A stretch of 49,337 nucleotides of DNA from an uncultured Methylomarinum sp. GTDB taxonomy: Bacteria; Pseudomonadota; Gammaproteobacteria; Methylococcales; Methylomonadaceae. Within the stretch, counting starts at the first letter, position 1; every line of letters starts with the position of its first letter. The notes under the pieces were generated by a model. The model was not told the origin of the DNA, ran no database searches, and worked only from the letters and a program-made list of their open reading frames with translations. The translations under genes and the position numbers were made by a program. This document shows positions 34,713-46,805 of this stretch, piece after piece. The stretch covers positions 1-49,337 of the forward strand of contig CAZZIX010000001.1 in assembly GCA_964654345.1 (NCBI GenBank). The letters are read 5' to 3'.

Positions 34713-35540
34713 ATGGCTATTCTAAAATCTAAACCAACTTCACCAGGCTCTCGATTTGTAATACGAGTAAAAAATAACGCATTACATAAAGGTAAGCCGT
34801 TTGCTCAGTTACTTGAAAAACAGAGTAAATCAGGAGGTAGAAATAATCAAGGTCGTATAACCACAAGGCATATCGGAGGTGGACACAAGCAACATTATCG
34901 TATTATTGATTTTAAAAGAAATAAAATTGATATGCCTGCAGTTGTAGAAAGGATTGAATATGATCCAAATAGGACGGCAAATATAGCTTTAATTTTATTT
35001 AAAGATGGTGAAAGAAGATATATAATAGCTCCTTCTGAAATACATGTTGGGCAAGAAATAATTTCTTCTGAGAGGGTTCCAGTTAAACCTGGTAATTGTA
35101 TGCCTTTACGCAATATGCCTTTAGGTACTACGATTCACTGTATTGAGTTAAAGCCTGGGAAAGGTGCTCAGCTTGCACGTAGTGCAGGGACTTCAGCTCA
35201 GTTAGTTGCAAAAGATGGAGCGCATGTAACATTACGTTTAAGATCAGGAGAAATGCGTAAAGTATTGTCTGATTGTAAAGGTGTTGTCGGCGATGTTTCT
35301 AATTCAGAACACAATCTAATTTCTTTAGGTAAAGCTGGGGCTTCAAGACATAGAGGTATTAGGCCAACAGTTAGAGGTGTTGCAATGAACCCGGTTGATC
35401 ATCCACATGGTGGTGGTGAAGGTCGTACTTCAGGAGGAAGGCATCCTGTGTCCCCATGGGGAACTCCAGCTAAAGGATATAAAACCAGAAAAAATAAACG
35501 TACTGATAATATGATTATCAGACGCCGGAATATGAAATAA
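34713..35540 (+). CDS. rplB: 50S ribosomal protein L2
   Basis: [18 protein letters not shown]. Confidence 0.98.
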   Translation: MAILKSKPTSPGSRFVIRVKNNALHKGKPFAQLLEKQSKSGGRNNQGRITTRHIGGGHKQHYRIIDFKRNKIDMPAVVERIEYDPNRTANIALILFKDGERRYIIAPSEIHVGQEIISSERVPVKPGNCMPLRNMPLGTTIHCIELKPGKGAQLARSAGTSAQLVAKDGAHVTLRLRSGEMRKVLSDCKGVVGDVSNSEHNLISLGKAGASRHRGIRPTVRGVAMNPVDHPHGGGEGRTSGGRHPVSPWGTPAKGYKTRKNKRTDNMIIRRRNMK

Positions 35541-35554
35541 AGGGGTATAAAAAA

Positions 35555-35827
35555 GTGCCACGTTCAATTAAAAAAGGTCCATTTATAGATCATCACCTTC
35601 AAGCTAAAATTGATGCATCTGTTGCAAATAAAAATCGAAAGCCAATTAAAACTTGGTCAAGAAGATCAATGATTAGCCCTGATATGCTAGGTTTAACAAT
35701 TGCAGTTCATAATGGACGTCAACATGTGCCAGTATTAATTTCTGAGAATATGGTAGGCCATAAGTTAGGCGAGTTTTCACCAACTCGTACCTATAGAGGT
35801 CATATTGTTGATAAAAAATCAAGATAG
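35555..35827 (+). CDS. rpsS: 30S ribosomal protein S19
   Basis: GTG start. [15 protein letters not shown]...[10 protein letters not shown]. Confidence 0.97.
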   Translation: MPRSIKKGPFIDHHLQAKIDASVANKNRKPIKTWSRRSMISPDMLGLTIAVHNGRQHVPVLISENMVGHKLGEFSPTRTYRGHIVDKKSR

Positions 35828-35840
35828 GATAATATAGACT

Positions 35841-36176
35841 ATGGAAATTACTGCAAAACTTAGTAGTGCGCCGTTGTCAGCTCAGAAAGCACGTTTAGTT
35901 GGAGATCAAATACGTGGTTTACCTGTTGAAAAAGCACTTAATACATTAAAGTTTAGTACAAAAAAAGCAGCTGAAATAATGATGAAAGTTTTGGAATCTG
36001 CAATTGCTAATGCCGAGCATAATGAAAGTGCTGATGTTGATGAGTTGTATGTATCAACAGTATTTATAAATGAAGGTTCTACTTTGAAAAGAGTTCGTGC
36101 GAGAGCAAAAGGTCGCGCTAATCATATACTTAAAAGAACATGTCATATTACAGTTAAAGTTTCAGAATACGAGTAG
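35841..36176 (+). CDS. rplV: 50S ribosomal protein L22
   Basis: [21 protein letters not shown]; S10-operon order. Confidence 0.96.
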   Translation: MEITAKLSSAPLSAQKARLVGDQIRGLPVEKALNTLKFSTKKAAEIMMKVLESAIANAEHNESADVDELYVSTVFINEGSTLKRVRARAKGRANHILKRTCHITVKVSEYE

Positions 36177-36184
36177 GAGTTAAA

Positions 36185-36859
36185 ATGGGTCAAAAGGTAC
36201 ATCCAACAGGTATACGGCTAGGTATCGTAAAAGATTGGACATCAAGATGGTATGCAGATAGTAAAAATTATCCGATTTTTTTACTTCAAGATATTAGAGT
36301 GCGTGAATATATTAAACGAAAACTATCACACGCATCAGTAAGTCGAATACAAATAAATAGACCTGCGAATAATGCACAAATAACTATCTATACTGCAAGA
36401 CCTGGAATAGTTATCGGTAAAAAAGGTGAAGATATAGATAAATTGAAACTTGATGTTTCAAAAATGATGAGTGTGCCTGTTAAAATAAATGTTGAAGAAA
36501 TTAGAAAGCCAGAGTTAGATGCAACACTAGTTGCAGAAGGAATTGCTCAACAATTAGAAAAAAGAATCATGTATAGGCGTGCTATGAAGCGAGCTGTTAC
36601 CAATACGATGCGATTAGGAGCAGAGGGTGTAAAAATAAATGTTGCAGGTCGTTTGAATGGTGCTGAGATAGCTCGTGGTGAATGGTATAGAGAAGGTCGT
36701 GTTCCTTTACATACACTACGTGCAGATATTGATTATGGTACTGCAGAGGCAAATACTACTTATGGGATTATTGGCATTAAAGTCTGGATCTTTAAGGGAG
36801 AAGTATTTGATAGGGATGCTCACAAAATAGCATCAAATGAAACTAAACCTAAAAGATAG
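36185..36859 (+). CDS. rpsC: 30S ribosomal protein S3
   Basis: [18 protein letters not shown]. Confidence 0.98.
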   Translation: MGQKVHPTGIRLGIVKDWTSRWYADSKNYPIFLLQDIRVREYIKRKLSHASVSRIQINRPANNAQITIYTARPGIVIGKKGEDIDKLKLDVSKMMSVPVKINVEEIRKPELDATLVAEGIAQQLEKRIMYRRAMKRAVTNTMRLGAEGVKINVAGRLNGAEIARGEWYREGRVPLHTLRADIDYGTAEANTTYGIIGIKVWIFKGEVFDRDAHKIASNETKPKR

Positions 36860-36875
36860 TTGAAGGGACAAAATA

Positions 36876-37289
36876 ATGCTTCAACCCAAAAGAACAAAAT
36901 TTCGTAAGCAACATAAAGGAAGAAATAATGGTGTTGCTCAACGTGGGTCTTCAGTTAGCTTTGGAGAATACGGATTAAAATCAATTGCACGTGGAAGATT
37001 AACCGCTCGTCAAATTGAGGCTGCTCGTAGGACAATAACAAGACATGTTAAAAGATCAGGGAAAATGTGGATAAGAATATTTCCTGATAAACCAATTACT
37101 AAGAAACCATTAGAAGTAAGAATGGGAAAAGGTAAAGGAAGTGTTGAATTTTGGGTTGCTCAAGTAAAGCCTGGAACTATGCTATATGAAATTCAAGGAG
37201 TTTCTGAGGAATTGGCTCGTGAGGCATTTACTCTTGCCGCAGCTAAGCTTCCTGTAAAAACCACTTTTATAGCACGGACAATAATGTGA
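36876..37289 (+). CDS. rplP: 50S ribosomal protein L16
   Basis: [17 protein letters not shown]. Confidence 0.98.
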   Translation: MLQPKRTKFRKQHKGRNNGVAQRGSSVSFGEYGLKSIARGRLTARQIEAARRTITRHVKRSGKMWIRIFPDKPITKKPLEVRMGKGKGSVEFWVAQVKPGTMLYEIQGVSEELAREAFTLAAAKLPVKTTFIARTIM

Positions 37290-37480
37290 TGAAAGCTAGT
37301 GAATTAAGAGAGAAATCGAAAGAAGAATTAAATTTGTTGTTGATTGAAAAATCGCGTGAGCAATTTAATTTGAGAATGCAAAAAGGTACAGGCCAGTTAA
37401 GTAAGCCTGATCAAGTAAAGAAAGTTAGGCGTGATATTGCTCAAATAAATACGATCTTAACTCAAATTGCGAGTGCATAA
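37286..37480 (+). CDS. rpmC: 50S ribosomal protein L29
   Basis: [29 protein letters not shown]. 4-nt overlap with rplP. Confidence 0.95.
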   Translation: MMKASELREKSKEELNLLLIEKSREQFNLRMQKGTGQLSKPDQVKKVRRDIAQINTILTQIASA

Positions 37481-37481
37481 C

Positions 37482-37730
37482 ATGACTGATGAAACAAAAA
37501 AACTAAAAACTGTAACTGGACGTGTAGTCAGTGATAAAATGGATAAATCAATAACAGTATTGGTTGAGCGATTAATAAAATTTCCTATTTATGGAAAATT
37601 CGTTAAACGATCAACAAAATACATGGCACATGATGAGGCTAATAAAGCAAAAAAAGGAGATATTGTCTCCATCACATCTTGTAGACCCATGTCAAAAAAT
37701 AAAACTTATAAATTAGTAGAAATTTTATAA
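37482..37730 (+). CDS. rpsQ: 30S ribosomal protein S17
   Basis: The ATG at 37482 lies directly after the rpmC stop; the track start TTG 37467 overlaps rpm[22 protein letters not shown]. Confidence 0.95.
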   Translation: MTDETKKLKTVTGRVVSDKMDKSITVLVERLIKFPIYGKFVKRSTKYMAHDEANKAKKGDIVSITSCRPMSKNKTYKLVEIL

Positions 37731-37789
37731 TAGTTAGACGTTTAGCTCTAACTAGTTAGCTATTTAATTGGAATAATTAGGATTTAACA

Positions 37790-38158
37790 ATGATTCAGAT
37801 GCAAACTAACCTTGATATTGCAGATAACAGCGGAGCAAAAAAGGTCATGTGTATCAAGGTTTTAGGCGGCTCTCATAGAAGATATGCTCGTATTGGCGAT
37901 GTTATTAAAGTGAGTATAAAAGATGCCATTCCCCGCGGAAAAGTTAAAAAAGGTGAGGTATATAATGCCTTGGTTGTGAGAACAAGAAAGGGAGTGCGTA
38001 GAATTGATGGGTCTGTCATTCGTTTTGATACGAATGCTGCAGTCATTCTGAATGGCCAATTACAACCAGTTGGAACGCGTATTTTTGGACCAGTTACGCG
38101 TGAATTAAGAGGAGAGAAATATATGAAAATTATTTCTCTTGCTCCTGAAGTATTGTAA
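37790..38158 (+). CDS. rplN: 50S ribosomal protein L14
   Basis: [27 protein letters not shown]. Confidence 0.98.
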   Translation: MIQMQTNLDIADNSGAKKVMCIKVLGGSHRRYARIGDVIKVSIKDAIPRGKVKKGEVYNALVVRTRKGVRRIDGSVIRFDTNAAVILNGQLQPVGTRIFGPVTRELRGEKYMKIISLAPEVL

Positions 38159-38170
38159 GGATAAAGTCTA

Positions 38171-38488
38171 ATGAAAAAATTAAAAAAAGGCGATCAAGTT
38201 ATTGTTCTTATAGGTAAAGATAAAGGTAGTAAAGGAAAAATTCTTAAAGTTTTAGATGATGCGAAGGTTTTGGTTGAAGGAATTAATCGCGCAAAAAAGC
38301 ACCAAAAAGGTAACCCTAATTCAGGAGTTCAAGGTGGAATAATTGACAAGGATATGCCTCTTAATATTTCAAACGTTGCACTGCTTAATCCTGAAACTAA
38401 AAGAGCCGATAGAGTGGGTTTTAAATTTCTTGACGATGGTAAAAAAGTTAGATTTTTTAAATCTACAAATGAAGTTATTGATGTGTAA
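38171..38488 (+). CDS. rplX: 50S ribosomal protein L24
   Basis: [23 protein letters not shown] (KOW motif). Confidence 0.96.
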   Translation: MKKLKKGDQVIVLIGKDKGSKGKILKVLDDAKVLVEGINRAKKHQKGNPNSGVQGGIIDKDMPLNISNVALLNPETKRADRVGFKFLDDGKKVRFFKSTNEVIDV

Positions 38489-38502
38489 AGGTTATAAAAA
38501 TC

Positions 38503-39042
38503 ATGGCTAGACTAGAAACAAAATATAAAGACGATATCGTACCTGCTTTAAAAAAGCAATTTGGATATAAATCAGTAATGCAAGTTCCTAAACTGACAAA
38601 AATAACCTTAAATATGGGTGTAGGAGAGGCTGTTGCTGATAAAAAAGTAATACAAGCTGCTCTTTCAGATATGGAAAGCATATCAGGGCAGAAACCTGTT
38701 GTAACACTGTCACGGAAGTCAATTGCTGGTTTTAAAATACGTGATGATATGGCAATAGGCTGTAAAGTTACCTTACGTAGTGATAAAATGTATGAGTTTT
38801 TTGATCGTTTGATAAGTATTGCCATACCTCGTATACGGGATTTTAGAGGAATGAGTCCTAAAAGTTTCGATGGGCGTGGAAATTATTCAATGGGTGTAAC
38901 TGAGCAAATCATTTTTCCCGAGATTGATTACGATAAAATTGATACTCTACGAGGTTTGGATATTTGTATAACAACAACTGCAGATTCAAATGAAGAAGGA
39001 TTGGCTTTACTTAAGCTTTTCAATTTTCCATTTAAGAACTAG
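38503..39042 (+). CDS. rplE: 50S ribosomal protein L5
   Basis: [16 protein letters not shown]...NMGVGEA. Confidence 0.97.
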   Translation: MARLETKYKDDIVPALKKQFGYKSVMQVPKLTKITLNMGVGEAVADKKVIQAALSDMESISGQKPVVTLSRKSIAGFKIRDDMAIGCKVTLRSDKMYEFFDRLISIAIPRIRDFRGMSPKSFDGRGNYSMGVTEQIIFPEIDYDKIDTLRGLDICITTTADSNEEGLALLKLFNFPFKN

Positions 39043-39061
39043 AAACTAAAGGGTATAAGAA

Positions 39062-39367
39062 ATGGCTAAAAAATCGATGATTGCGCGTGAGAATAAGCGT
39101 AATAAATTAGTCGGTAAATATGAAGTTAAAAGAAGATCTTTGAAGGAGATAATCAGAGACCCTAAAACCTCATATGAAGATAAAGAGCTTGCTATTTTAA
39201 AGCTTCAAAAATTACCACGTGACTCTAGTCCAAGTAGGTGTAGAAATCGGTGCAGTTTAACTGGGCGTCCCCATGGTGTATATCGTAAGTTTGGCTTGGG
39301 CCGAAATAAATTACGTGAAGCAACGATGCGTGGAGATGTGCCAGGTTTGTCAAAAGCAAGCTGGTAA
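39062..39367 (+). CDS. rpsN: 30S ribosomal protein S14 (long, 101 aa form)
   Basis: [13 protein letters not shown]...[20 protein letters not shown]...RE....G..PG..KASW. Confidence 0.96.
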   Translation: MAKKSMIARENKRNKLVGKYEVKRRSLKEIIRDPKTSYEDKELAILKLQKLPRDSSPSRCRNRCSLTGRPHGVYRKFGLGRNKLREATMRGDVPGLSKASW

Positions 39368-39396
39368 ATTAGTTAACGAGTTTTTGGAGAGAATTA

Positions 39397-39792
39397 ATGA
39401 GTATGAGTGATCCAATTGCAGATATGTTGACAAGGATTCGTAATGGTCAATCTGCAGGTAAAGTTAGTATTAAATTGCCTTCGTCAAAATTAAAAATAGC
39501 AATAGTTAAAGTTTTAAAGCAAGAGGGATATGTGGCGGATTATAAAACTGAAGCTAAGGGAAGTAGTACAGAAATTATAATTGATTTGAAATATTTCAAA
39601 GGTATACCTGTTATTGAAAAAGTAAAAAGAATAAGTAGACCTGGTCTAAGAATTTATAAGTCAAAAGATGAATTGCCTAAAGTTCTTGCTGGATTGGGAA
39701 TTGCTATTGTTTCAACCTCAAATGGCGTAATGACTGATAGAGCGGCGCGTGCTATTGGTCATGGTGGTGAAGTTATTTGTACTGTTTGTTAA
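39397..39792 (+). CDS. rpsH: 30S ribosomal protein S8
   Basis: [17 protein letters not shown]. Confidence 0.97.
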   Translation: MSMSDPIADMLTRIRNGQSAGKVSIKLPSSKLKIAIVKVLKQEGYVADYKTEAKGSSTEIIIDLKYFKGIPVIEKVKRISRPGLRIYKSKDELPKVLAGLGIAIVSTSNGVMTDRAARAIGHGGEVICTVC

Positions 39793-39804
39793 GGAAAGAA
39801 GTTT

Positions 39805-40338
39805 ATGTCTAGAATCGGTAATGCCCCAGTAGCAATTCCTGATGGAGTCGAGGTCAAGTTAGATAAAAGCAATATGACTGTCAAAGGAAGTGGCGGTCAA
39901 TTAGCATACACTTTACATGATGATATTAATGTTGAAGTACAAGAAAATATTATTTATGTAAAATGGGATGACAACGTAAAAAATTCAAAAAAACAAGGTG
40001 GAACTACAAGGGCTTCAATATCAAATATGATTAAGGGCGTTTCAAGTGGTTTTGAAAAAACATTATTATTAATTGGAGTTGGTTATAGAGCTCAGTTAAA
40101 AGGAAATAAGCTTACTCTGTCTTTAGGCTTTTCTAATCCTGTTGAGTATATAGTTCCTGATGATGTTACTGTCGAAGCCACAAGCCAAACTGAATTATTA
40201 ATTAAGGGTTGTGATAAGCAAAAAGTTGGTCAAGTTGCTGCTGAAATACGTTTTTTTCGTCCCCCTGAACCTTATAAAGGTAAAGGGATAAGGTACAAAG
40301 ATGAATATGTTGCAAGAAAAGATGCCAAGAAAAAGTAG
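39805..40338 (+). CDS. rplF: 50S ribosomal protein L6
   Basis: MSRIGNAPVAIPDGVEV...PEPYKGKGIRY. Confidence 0.97.
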   Translation: MSRIGNAPVAIPDGVEVKLDKSNMTVKGSGGQLAYTLHDDINVEVQENIIYVKWDDNVKNSKKQGGTTRASISNMIKGVSSGFEKTLLLIGVGYRAQLKGNKLTLSLGFSNPVEYIVPDDVTVEATSQTELLIKGCDKQKVGQVAAEIRFFRPPEPYKGKGIRYKDEYVARKDAKKK

Positions 40339-40347
40339 GATATAATA

Positions 40348-40701
40348 ATGGATAAGAAAAGTTCACGTTTAAAACGTGCATTGAGACAACGTTGCAAAAT
40401 AAAGCAACTAGGTGTTTATAGACTTAGCATTCATAGAACATCTCAACACATTTATGCTCAAATAATTAGTAAAGATGGTTTAACAACTATAACTAGTGCA
40501 TCTACTCTAGAAGCTGAGCTAAAGCCAAATATTAAAAGTACGGGAAATTCTGATGCAGCAACTGAAGTTGGAAAAGTTATAGCAGAAAGGGCATTAGAAG
40601 TTGGAGTAACACAAGTTGCTTTTGATCGTTCTGGTTTTAAATATCATGGTCGTGTTAAAGCATTGGCAGATGCGGCTCGCGAGGCTGGATTGAAGTTTTA
40701 G
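40348..40701 (+). CDS. rplR: 50S ribosomal protein L18
   Basis: [16 protein letters not shown]...[24 protein letters not shown]. Confidence 0.96.
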   Translation: MDKKSSRLKRALRQRCKIKQLGVYRLSIHRTSQHIYAQIISKDGLTTITSASTLEAELKPNIKSTGNSDAATEVGKVIAERALEVGVTQVAFDRSGFKYHGRVKALADAAREAGLKF

Positions 40702-40710
40702 GAGAATATT

Positions 40711-41223
40711 ATGGCTACATCAGGACCACAAGGTCAAGCAAGTGCAGATGGGATGCAAGAAAAATTAGTTTCTGTTAGACGGGTTGCTAAGGTTGTAAAA
40801 GGAGGGAGAGTATTTGGTTTTGCAGCTCTAACCGTCGTTGGAGATGGGCAAGGTAGAGTGGGTTATGGTGTCAGTAAAGCCAGAGAAGTGCCTATTGCTA
40901 TTCAGAAATCACTTGAACAAGCAAGAAAAAATATGCACAAAATACAGCTTAAGGAAGGTACGTTACAATATTCTGTTACAGGTGAAACTGGGGCTGCAAA
41001 AGTATATATGCAACCTGCTTCAGATGGTACTGGTATAATTGCTGGTGGGGCAATGCGAGCTGTATTTGAAGTCGTAGGGGTTCATAACGTCTTGGCTAAA
41101 TGTATAGGAACTAATAATCCAATCAATGTTGTAAGAGCAACAATTAAAGGATTAGCTGAAATGAGAAGTATTGAACAAATAGCTGCAAAAAGGGGCTTGT
41201 CAGTTGAACAAATCACTGGATAG
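40711..41223 (+). CDS. rpsE: 30S ribosomal protein S5
   Basis: [35 protein letters not shown]. Confidence 0.97.
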   Translation: MATSGPQGQASADGMQEKLVSVRRVAKVVKGGRVFGFAALTVVGDGQGRVGYGVSKAREVPIAIQKSLEQARKNMHKIQLKEGTLQYSVTGETGAAKVYMQPASDGTGIIAGGAMRAVFEVVGVHNVLAKCIGTNNPINVVRATIKGLAEMRSIEQIAAKRGLSVEQITG

Positions 41224-41228
41224 TAATA

Positions 41229-41414
41229 ATGGCAAATAAAACTTTAAGCGTAACAATGAAAAAAAGTAAAATTGGCAGACTCAAAAGTCATCAAGAATGC
41301 TTAAAAGGATTAGGGTTACGTAAAATACGACAAACAGTCAATATTATTGACACACCTGAAAATAGAGGAATGATCAATAAAATCTCTTATATGCTAAAAG
41401 TTGAGGGAATGTAA
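41229..41414 (+). CDS. rpmD: 50S ribosomal protein L30
   Basis: 61 aa, between rpsE and rpl[15 protein letters not shown]. Confidence 0.93.
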   Translation: MANKTLSVTMKKSKIGRLKSHQECLKGLGLRKIRQTVNIIDTPENRGMINKISYMLKVEGM

Positions 41415-41848
41415 TGTATCTAAATACTATCCAAGCAGCAAATGGCTCTAGAAAATCTGCAAAAAGAGTAGGTCGTGGAATAGGATCTACTCTTGGTAAG
41501 ACTTGCGGTAGAGGGCATAAAGGTCAAAAGTCTAGAAGTGGTGGTTTTCATAAAATTGGTTTTGAGGGTGGTCAAATGCCACTTCAAAGGCGATTACCTA
41601 AATTGGGATTTTCTTCAAGAGTAAAAAAATATTCAGCAGAAGTCACATTATATGAAATCGGTTCTCTTAATCTGGAATTAGTTAATATAGATGCATTAAG
41701 GTCAGCTAACCTTGTTCCTTCTTTTGCAAAAAATGTAAAACTTATTCAATCTGGAGAAATTACAATTCCAGTAACTATTCAAGGTTTAAAAGTTACTTCA
41801 GGAGCTAAAGATTCAATTGAAGCTGCTGGTGGAAAGATAGAGGTTTAA
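41414..41848 (+). CDS. rplO: 50S ribosomal protein L15
   Basis: [28 protein letters not shown]. Confidence 0.96.
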   Translation: MYLNTIQAANGSRKSAKRVGRGIGSTLGKTCGRGHKGQKSRSGGFHKIGFEGGQMPLQRRLPKLGFSSRVKKYSAEVTLYEIGSLNLELVNIDALRSANLVPSFAKNVKLIQSGEITIPVTIQGLKVTSGAKDSIEAAGGKIEV

Positions 41849-43171
41849 GTGAGTACTTCAAGAGCTCAAATGTCTAATAAAATGGGTGCTTTTACAGAAT
41901 TAAGATCTAGGTTGTTGTTTGTACTTGGGGCTTTTTTCGTTTATCGTGTTGGAGCGCATATACCTGTCCCTGGAATTGATCCTAAAGCCTTGGCAAATAT
42001 GTTTGAGCAGCAAAGTGGAACAATACTTGATATGTTTAACATGTTTTCAGGTGGTGCATTAATGCGATTAAGTCTTTTTGCACTTGGTATTATGCCTTAT
42101 ATTTCTGCATCTATTATAATGCAGTTAATGACGGTAGTTGTTCCAGCAATGGAGCAGATAAAAAAGGAAGGCGAATCAGGACGCAGAAAAATTTCTCAAT
42201 ACACTCGCTATGGAACAGTAGTTTTGGCTACTTTTCAAGCTATAGGTATTTCTATGGCTTTACAAAATCAGACAGCTGGAGGCTTGGGAGTTGTAATCAG
42301 TCCAGGTATAAGCTTTATTGTAATAACAACTGTTACTTTAGTGACTGGTACAATTTTTCTAATGTGGTTAGGAGAGCAAGTTACTGAGCGAGGCATAGGT
42401 AATGGAATATCGCTAATTATTTTTGCTGGTATTGTTTCTGGGTTGCCATCTGCTATAGGTGGGACTCTTGAATTAGCAAGAACAGGTGAGATGAATGGTG
42501 CATTTATAGTTCTTTTGTTTATAGTCGCAATAGCTGTTACCGCATTGGTTGTGTTTGTAGAAAGAGGTCAAAGAAGAATTATAATTAACTATCCTAAGCG
42601 GCAACAAGGTAGGAAAATGATGGCTGGTCAGAGTAGTTTTTTACCACTTAAGCTAAATATGGCAGGTGTAATTCCTCCAATTTTTGCATCAAGTATAATT
42701 TTATTTCCATCCACAATAGCAGGATGGTTTAGTGGAAATGAAGGTTTAGGTTGGTTGCAGGATGTGTCAACTATGTTGTCACCTGGTCAGCCAATCTATG
42801 TTTTATTTTATGCAACAGCAATTATATTCTTCTGTTTTTTTTACACAGCTCTAGTTTTTAATTCTAAAGAAACTGCAGATAATTTAAAAAAATCTGGGGC
42901 TTTTTTACCTGGTATTAGGCCAGGTGAACAAACAACTGCATATATAGATAAAGTAATGACAAGATTGACACTGGTTGGAGCTTTTTACATAACACTAGTT
43001 TGTCTATTGCCTGAATTTATGATTGTATATTGGAATGTCCCGTTCTACTTTGGAGGGACTTCATTGTTAATCATTGTAGTTGTAGTTATGGATTTTATAT
43101 CTCAACTTCAAACTCATATGATGTCTCAGCAATATGATGGGCTGATGAAAAAGTCTAATCTAAAAAAATAA
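41849..43171 (+). CDS. secY: Preprotein translocase subunit SecY
   Basis: 440 aa multi-pass membrane protein. [28 protein letters not shown] and [14 protein letters not shown] 41849 is used as the start; ATG 41870 is an alternative. Confidence 0.95.
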   Translation: MSTSRAQMSNKMGAFTELRSRLLFVLGAFFVYRVGAHIPVPGIDPKALANMFEQQSGTILDMFNMFSGGALMRLSLFALGIMPYISASIIMQLMTVVVPAMEQIKKEGESGRRKISQYTRYGTVVLATFQAIGISMALQNQTAGGLGVVISPGISFIVITTVTLVTGTIFLMWLGEQVTERGIGNGISLIIFAGIVSGLPSAIGGTLELARTGEMNGAFIVLLFIVAIAVTALVVFVERGQRRIIINYPKRQQGRKMMAGQSSFLPLKLNMAGVIPPIFASSIILFPSTIAGWFSGNEGLGWLQDVSTMLSPGQPIYVLFYATAIIFFCFFYTALVFNSKETADNLKKSGAFLPGIRPGEQTTAYIDKVMTRLTLVGAFYITLVCLLPEFMIVYWNVPFYFGGTSLLIIVVVVMDFISQLQTHMMSQQYDGLMKKSNLKK

Positions 43172-43193
43172 TTTAATTAAAAAGAGGTTCCAC

Positions 43194-43307
43194 GTGAAAG
43201 TCCGCGCATCTGTAAAAAAAATTTGTAGAAATTGCAAGCTAATTAAAAGAAACGGTGTTTTACGTGTCATATGCAAGGATGGAAGGCATAAGCAACGTCA
43301 AGGATGA
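43194..43307 (+). CDS. rpmJ: 50S ribosomal protein L36 (zinc-ribbon C+ form)
   Basis: Not in the ORF track (37 aa). The GTG start is preceded by agagg. My translation is [37 protein letters not shown], with the CxxC...C...H ligands. Classical secY-rpmJ-rpsM position. Confidence 0.93.
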   Translation: MKVRASVKKICRNCKLIKRNGVLRVICKDGRHKQRQG

Positions 43308-43313
43308 TTTTTA

Positions 43314-43342
43314 TTGCGAAGGATTTAGTAATATGCTAAAAT
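43314..43342 (+). promoter_or_regulatory. Putative alpha-operon promoter upstream of rpsM
   Basis: TTGCGA-N17-TAAAAT in the 76-nt rpmJ-rpsM spacer. The remaining leader, about 40 nt, would correspond to the S4-regulated region. Confidence 0.35.
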
Positions 43343-43383
43343 TCATCGTTTAACTTAGGTATACTGTAAGTGGGAGCAGCTAG

Positions 43384-43740
43384 ATGGCACGTATTGCCGG
43401 AATAAATGTGGCAGACAATAAACATGCTGAAATTGCATTAACAGCGATTTATGGTGTTGGGAGGCAAACTGCTAGAAACATCTGTAATCTAGTTAAAATT
43501 GAGCCATCTATAAAAATTATAGATTTATCTGAAGATCAATTGGAAAAGATTAGAAAAGTACTGTCTTCTATGATAGTAGAGGGTGATCTTCGTAGAGAAG
43601 TTTCAATTAATATAAAAAGATTGATGGATCTAGGATGCTATCGTGGGATTAGACATAGAAGAGGCTTGCCATTAAGAGGGCAAAGGACTAGAACTAATGC
43701 TCGAACTCGAAAAGGACCTCGCAAACCAATTAGAAAATAA
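43384..43740 (+). CDS. rpsM: 30S ribosomal protein S13
   Basis: [26 protein letters not shown]. Confidence 0.98.
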   Translation: MARIAGINVADNKHAEIALTAIYGVGRQTARNICNLVKIEPSIKIIDLSEDQLEKIRKVLSSMIVEGDLRREVSINIKRLMDLGCYRGIRHRRGLPLRGQRTRTNARTRKGPRKPIRK

Positions 43741-43766
43741 AATATTCTTAATAGACTAAAATAAAT

Positions 43767-44153
43767 ATGGCAACTCAAAAGCGTGTCAAAAAACGCATAA
43801 AAAAAGAAATTGCAGATGGTATAGCTCATGTCCACGCTTCATTTAATAATACAATTGTAACAATTAGCGATCGTAAAGGAAATGCTCTATCTTGGGCAAC
43901 AGCTGGTGGTTCAGGTTTTCGAGGATCAAGAAAAAGCACACCATTCGCTGCTCAAGTAGCGGCTGAGAAAGCTGGGGCTGTTGCACTGGAGTTTGGAATG
44001 AAGAACTTAGATGTCATGATTAAAGGGCCTGGTCCTGGACGTGAATCAGCTGTTAGGTCTTTAAATAATCTAGGTTTCAAAATTAACAATATTGTTGATG
44101 TTACACCTATTCCTCATAATGGTTGTAGACCACCTAAAAAACGTCGCGTATAA
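43767..44153 (+). CDS. rpsK: 30S ribosomal protein S11
   Basis: [30 protein letters not shown]...[13 protein letters not shown]. Confidence 0.98.
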   Translation: MATQKRVKKRIKKEIADGIAHVHASFNNTIVTISDRKGNALSWATAGGSGFRGSRKSTPFAAQVAAEKAGAVALEFGMKNLDVMIKGPGPGRESAVRSLNNLGFKINNIVDVTPIPHNGCRPPKKRRV

Positions 44154-44173
44154 AATTTTGGAGTACTAAATAT

Positions 44174-44794
44174 ATGGCACGATATCTTGGCCCTACATGT
44201 AAATTAAGTCGAAGAGAAGGCACTGATCTTCTTTTAAAAAGTAGAGGTAAATCTTTAGAAGGTAAATGTAAACTTGACCAAAGGCCTGGTCAACATGGAA
44301 CAGCTCGAACAAGAAATTCAGATTATGCTCTGCAGCTTAGAGCAAAGCAACGTATTAGAAGAATTTATGGTGTTCTTGAAAAACAATTTAGAAACTATTA
44401 TAAGTCAGCTGATTTAAAAAAAGGTGCTACAGGTTTAAATCTTTTAAACATGTTGGAAACTCGGCTTGATAATGTTGTATATAGAATGGGCTATGCTTGT
44501 ACAAGAGCTGAAGCAAGACAATTGGTCTCCCATAAATCAATAGTTGTTAATGATAAAATCACAAACATTCCTTCATACCAAATTAATATAGGAGATGAAG
44601 TTAAAATACGTGAAAAATCCAAAAAACAACAAAGGATCCTTGATTCATTAACTGTGACAGAACAATATGGGTACCCATCTTGGCTTGAAGTAAATTCTAA
44701 AGATATGACAGGAATATTTAAATCCTATCCTGAACGTTCTGAATTAGGTGCTGATATGAATGAGCAGTTAGTTGTAGAGCTCTATTCAAAATAA
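44174..44794 (+). CDS. rpsD: 30S ribosomal protein S4
   Basis: [19 protein letters not shown]. Confidence 0.98.
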   Translation: MARYLGPTCKLSRREGTDLLLKSRGKSLEGKCKLDQRPGQHGTARTRNSDYALQLRAKQRIRRIYGVLEKQFRNYYKSADLKKGATGLNLLNMLETRLDNVVYRMGYACTRAEARQLVSHKSIVVNDKITNIPSYQINIGDEVKIREKSKKQQRILDSLTVTEQYGYPSWLEVNSKDMTGIFKSYPERSELGADMNEQLVVELYSK

Positions 44795-44816
44795 CTCATA
44801 CTGAGATAAATATAAT

Positions 44817-45818
44817 ATGCAGAATACTTTTTCTGGTTTGCTAAAACCTAAATTGGTTGAGGTGGTCAGTCATAATCCTTACCACTCTAGAATAGTTATT
44901 GAGCCTTTAGAGAAAGGTTTTGGACATTCGCTAGGAAATGCACTAAGAAGAGTTATGTTATCTTCTATTCCAGGATGTGCAGTATCAGAAGTTGAGATAG
45001 AGGGTGTTCAACATGAATATTCTACTATAGAAGGTGTCCAAGAAGATGTTATTGATATCTTACTTAATTTAAAGAGATTAGCAATTGTCCTACATTCTAA
45101 AGATGAGGTTGAACTTACGCTTTCAAAAAGTGGGGTAGGTGAAATTACTGCTGCAGACATTGAACTTCCACATGATGTTGAGATCATTAATCAAGATGTT
45201 GTAATTGCAAATTTAACTGAGGTTGGTCAACTTAATATTAAATTAAAAGTGGAAAGAAATAGAGGTTATATTTCTTCAAGTATTAGAAAAGAGCAAGGTG
45301 CAACAACAACAGTTGGTCAATTATTTTTAGATGCATCTTATAGTCCAATTAACAGGGTTTCGTATACTGTTGAAAATACTCGCGTTGATCAAAGAACTAA
45401 TCTTGATAAGCTTATCATTGAGCTTGAAACAAATGGTACTGTTGACCCTGAAGAAACTGTAAAACTAGCTGCGACTATTTTACATGATCAATTATCTGTA
45501 TTTGTTGATTTTGAAAAAGTTAACGAAAATATCATTGAAGAAACTGTACCAGCTGAGCCAGAGTTTGATCCTGTTTTATTAAGGCCCGTTGATGATCTTG
45601 AACTTACTGTACGCTCTGCAAACTGTCTGAAAGCAGAAAATATTTTTTATATTGGGGATTTAATACAACGTACAGAAGTCGAGTTGTTGAAGACACCTAA
45701 TTTAGGTAAAAAATCTTTAACTGAAATAAAAGATATATTAGCATTGAAAGGTTTGTCATTAGGTATGAGGCTTGAAAATTGGCCGCCTGATAATCTTATA
45801 GATCAAAATCAAGCTTAA
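44817..45818 (+). CDS. rpoA: DNA-directed RNA polymerase subunit alpha
   Basis: [20 protein letters not shown] and the C-terminal domain [22 protein letters not shown]. Confidence 0.98.
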   Translation: MQNTFSGLLKPKLVEVVSHNPYHSRIVIEPLEKGFGHSLGNALRRVMLSSIPGCAVSEVEIEGVQHEYSTIEGVQEDVIDILLNLKRLAIVLHSKDEVELTLSKSGVGEITAADIELPHDVEIINQDVVIANLTEVGQLNIKLKVERNRGYISSSIRKEQGATTTVGQLFLDASYSPINRVSYTVENTRVDQRTNLDKLIIELETNGTVDPEETVKLAATILHDQLSVFVDFEKVNENIIEETVPAEPEFDPVLLRPVDDLELTVRSANCLKAENIFYIGDLIQRTEVELLKTPNLGKKSLTEIKDILALKGLSLGMRLENWPPDNLIDQNQA

Positions 45819-45844
45819 ATTTTACTAATTAGGACTAAATAAGA

Positions 45845-46228
45845 ATGAGACATCGTAAAACTGGTAGACAACTTAATCGTAATAGTAGTCATAGAAAAGC
45901 TATGTTTAGTAATATGGTTACGTCTTTGTTCAAGCATGAATTAATTAGAACAACACTTCCAAAAGCAAAAGAGTTGCGTGGATATGCGGAGCCATTAATA
46001 ACACTTTCCAAAGAAGATACTGTATCAAAAAGAAGGCATGCTTTTTCTAAATTAAGAGATCGAGACGTTGTTTCTAAGCTATTTAATGAATTGGGGCCAA
46101 GATACCAAACACGATCAGGAGGGTATCTTAGAGTTATGAAATGTGGGTTTAGATCAGGTGATTCGGCACCAATGGCTTATGTTGAATTAGTAGACAGACC
46201 TGATGAAATAATAACTGAAGAAGATTAA
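45845..46228 (+). CDS. rplQ: 50S ribosomal protein L17
   Basis: [24 protein letters not shown]. Confidence 0.98.
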   Translation: MRHRKTGRQLNRNSSHRKAMFSNMVTSLFKHELIRTTLPKAKELRGYAEPLITLSKEDTVSKRRHAFSKLRDRDVVSKLFNELGPRYQTRSGGYLRVMKCGFRSGDSAPMAYVELVDRPDEIITEED

Positions 46229-46369
46229 CTTACTATAAATGTTGTTTCTAAAATTTTTAAATTTAGAGAGGGTTAAATCTTCATATTTTAGTAATTGTTG
46301 ATAAAAAGGATTTAGAGCTTAATACACTTTCAAGGTAACAGTGTCAGCCCTGCAGTCAAAGATATGCGA

Positions 46370-46570
46370 TTAAAATGGGTCGAAGCTTGCGCTCAAAGAA
46401 GCATGAGGCAATTTTTTATGAAAATAGTTTTTTAAGAACCGCCATGCCTGTTTAGAGAGTTTATTGAAAAAAGCACGATTATAATTCCCCTCCCTGTCAA
46501 TGCAGTACGCGGTTGCTTTTTTCTCATGTCGTTTTTGTTGTGTTTGATGATTTTCATTCAAACCCAGCAA
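46370..46570 (-). pseudogene. Possible DDE-transposase internal fragment
   Basis: The 66-aa ORF contains CIDREGNYNRAFFNKLSKQAWRFL, resembling the D(R)G(Y/F)...L...G..F block around the second catalytic Asp of IS4/IS5-type enzymes. No N- or C-terminal parts are adjacent. Confidence 0.25.
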
Positions 46571-46612
46571 GGCTGACTATTCAATAGCAATGGGCGACTT
46601 TCCCCATGCTTT

Positions 46613-46805
46613 CGCTGAAAATCAGGGAAACGGAGCGATAGCAAAGTGATGATTTTTAGTCCGCAGTAGGTAACAGGGAAATTTGCAGATTCGACGTGTG
46701 CGATAGCACGCGAGAGAAGCAAAAATTTTTTCCCGATAAGCCGTCAAGTCAGTGAGGTAAGTTTTAACGGAGCGGCTTTTGTGCGGAGTTGAAGCTGGAC
46801 GCAGG
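46613..46805 (+). repeat. Copy A of a 55-bp ISAs1-like internal segment, interrupted by a 128-bp insert
   Basis: 46613-46637 plus 46775-46804 are identical to 48612-48666. The intervening 46638-46765 is flanked by the 9-bp direct repeat aacggagcg (46629-46637 and 46766-46774). Confidence 0.8.

Noticed and set aside
37731-37762. A perfect 12-bp palindrome ctaactagttag (37748-37759) plus a third tagttag copy and an alternative hairpin gttaga...tctaac in the rpsQ-rplN spacer.
   Set aside because: It is short, AT-rich and located where the spc promoter/leader is expected. It could be a small hairpin or operator, but it could equally arise by chance, and there is nothing to test it against within the window.
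46775-46805. A GTGCG motif inside the repeated segment (ttttgtgcggagttgaagc), considered as a possible group II intron 5' end or retron-type ncRNA.
   Set aside because: There is no reverse-transcriptase ORF, no domain V-like AGC...GNRA hairpin in a suitable position, and no plausible 3' end. The segment reads in frame as a transposase remnant in copy B.
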